Shown here: one piece after another, positions 62,600 to 64,000 of the stretch
Layout: each line of letters begins with the position of its first letter
Numbering within the stretch: position 1 is the first letter of the stretch
Translations under genes and position numbers: made by a program
NCBI GenBank assembly: GCA_013239625.1
Contig: MU053379.1
Location: forward strand, 1,842,866-1,906,865
Direction of reading: 5' to 3'
From: Lama guanicoe
Lineage: Eukaryota
Length of the DNA: 64,000 nt
The notes under the pieces: generated by a model
Told to the model about the DNA's origin: nothing
The model's database searches: none
What the model saw: the letters and a program-made list of their open reading frames with translations, nothing else

Positions 62600-63892
62600 G
62601 TTCCAGAAAGGTCTGCTTACTGAGAAGTGGGCAGGGTGAGGGGACCAGGAGGAGGAGATGCAGCCCCAGAGTGTAGCTGTCGTGAGGGGCCAGCACCCCC
62701 TGTGCCTGGGGAACAAAGGAGGGCAGGCCCCCCACACTGTGAGCCACGGAGGGGTGCTTGACCGGAGAGATGGGCCAGGAGAGGATGAGGCGGGTAAGGG
62801 CCCCGGACGCGGTCCTGGCACCTCTCAGCTCCCGCCACCGGCCCTGTGCCCCCAAGGCCGCGGGAGCTGGGTCTGGCCTTTGAGGGTGCAGAGCAGGGGC
62901 GGGGGCAGGCAGGCTGTGGGTCAGGAGGGACGGAGGGAGAAAGTCCAGCATGTTCAGTTTTCCTTTTTCATTTTTAAACACAGAACAAAGCTTGTTTCCT
63001 TTGTTTTACAGAAATGGATTCTGGGGAAAGCCAGGAGAAATAAACCCTTGCAATAAGGAGGTGCTGTTTAGGGTTCCTTAGGGCTGGACTTCGCGCCAGG
63101 AGAGAGAGGTGGCCGGGCCCTCCCATGAAGGTTTACTGTTCCTTACTTCTATTTTGATTAACCTTTCTTTCTTTCTTTAATTGTATTTTTAAAATATCCC
63201 GTCAGTATTTCACTATACCATGTATTGGATCACTTTGTCCTGTTATGATTCACACAATGGGAAGAGAAGTTCTAAAGCCCCGCCCTCTCCTGGTGACCAG
63301 AGCGGCTGATCGAGGGGAGCACTGTGAGCCTCTCCAGCTTTGGAAGGCGGTGGTTGACTCCCTGCATCCTCCCCGTCTGTGGCTGGGCTGCACAGGGACG
63401 GAGCCGCAGAAGGAAGCTCACACCACTTTGTTCCTCCAAAGCCGTGGCACACGGGCCACCAAGAGAAAGGCCTTCCTTCATCATCCCATGCAAGAGTCCC
63501 CCCAGGTAGAGATGCCAGCGAGTGGAAGACACGAGATGGCGCAGATGTGCAGCCACAGTATTTGTCAGCTGCAGGGACTTCTGCAGAATAAGCAAGAGAA
63601 CGCCAGCATGTGTCACACCCAGCACACCGCTGAGACCCCATGTCAGCCCTGCGCTCTACAGCCTGGGCGTCAGCGGGGTCCTCGACACCTGCCCCCAGGT
63701 GGAGCTCACTCTGTGTGTTTTGTTCTGCCTCCACTTCTGTGTGGCCCTCCTCCTCATCGTGTCGTGAGGGCGGTCCTGATCTTGTCCGCGCAGCCCCGGG
63801 ACCCCCTGCCGCCTCCTTGGCTCATCGCGCTCTGGCGGTCTACACGCATGTCCTTGTGCTGCCTCCTTTTCTACAAGGTTATGTAGAGACAC

Positions 63893-64000
63893 GTTCATTC
63901 ATTCAGTCTGTATTCAGTGGGCATCCACTGTGCGTCACCCCTTCTGTGTTCTGGGACCTGTGGACAAGGAAGAAAAAGCCAGAGTTTCTACCTCCTGGAG
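63893..64000 (-). mobile_element. L2 3' end
   Basis: ttcattcattcagtctgtattcagtgggcatccactgtgcg...tgttctgggac. Confidence 0.55.

Larger units (their letters stand above)
27282..64000 (+). other. SLC24A3: Proximal part of SLC24A3 intron 2
   Basis: Starts at GTAAGA. The expected next exon (ALHEFP..DIF..) was not seen in the window, consistent with a very long intron. Confidence 0.85.

Noticed and set aside
1..64000. CRISPR array, operon or prokaryotic defence system
   Set aside because: Sequence is mammalian intronic DNA. No repeat-spacer arrays or dense coding; the tandem repeats have only about two copies and no spacers.

Overview
Mammalian genomic DNA, probably camelid, judged from two short tRNA-Ala-derived SINEs and cetartiodactyl-type L1 3' ends. 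The window lies inside SLC24A3 (NCKX3, K+-dependent Na+/Ca2+ exchanger 3) on the + strand. It holds the distal part of intron 1, the single 129-bp coding exon 2 (27153-27281, phase 1-1) and the proximal part of intron 2. The rest is intronic: L1 fragments, MIR/L2, MaLR/ERVL and ERV1 solo LTRs, hAT and Tigger MITEs, and microsatellites. Almost all entries in the ORF track are spurious GC-rich ORFs or L1 ORF2 debris. I found no convincing new multi-gene system. The best leads, all untested inferences, concern regulation and isoforms. (1) A candidate intronic promoter and alternative first exon (~22040-22272) that would splice in frame to exon 2 and drop the N-terminal signal anchor. (2) Two candidate frame-preserving microexons (61005-61034, 27487-27501). 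(3) An ERV1 solo LTR with a dense GAS/ETS-CArG-DR5-YY1 motif cluster. (4) A site-1-protease-like RKLL motif in exon 2. (5) Clear transposon histories: a twin-primed inverted L1 and a triple-nested insertion. Repeat family names come from recalled consensus sequences, not a database search, and repeat boundaries are approximate unless a target-site duplication (TSD) is given.
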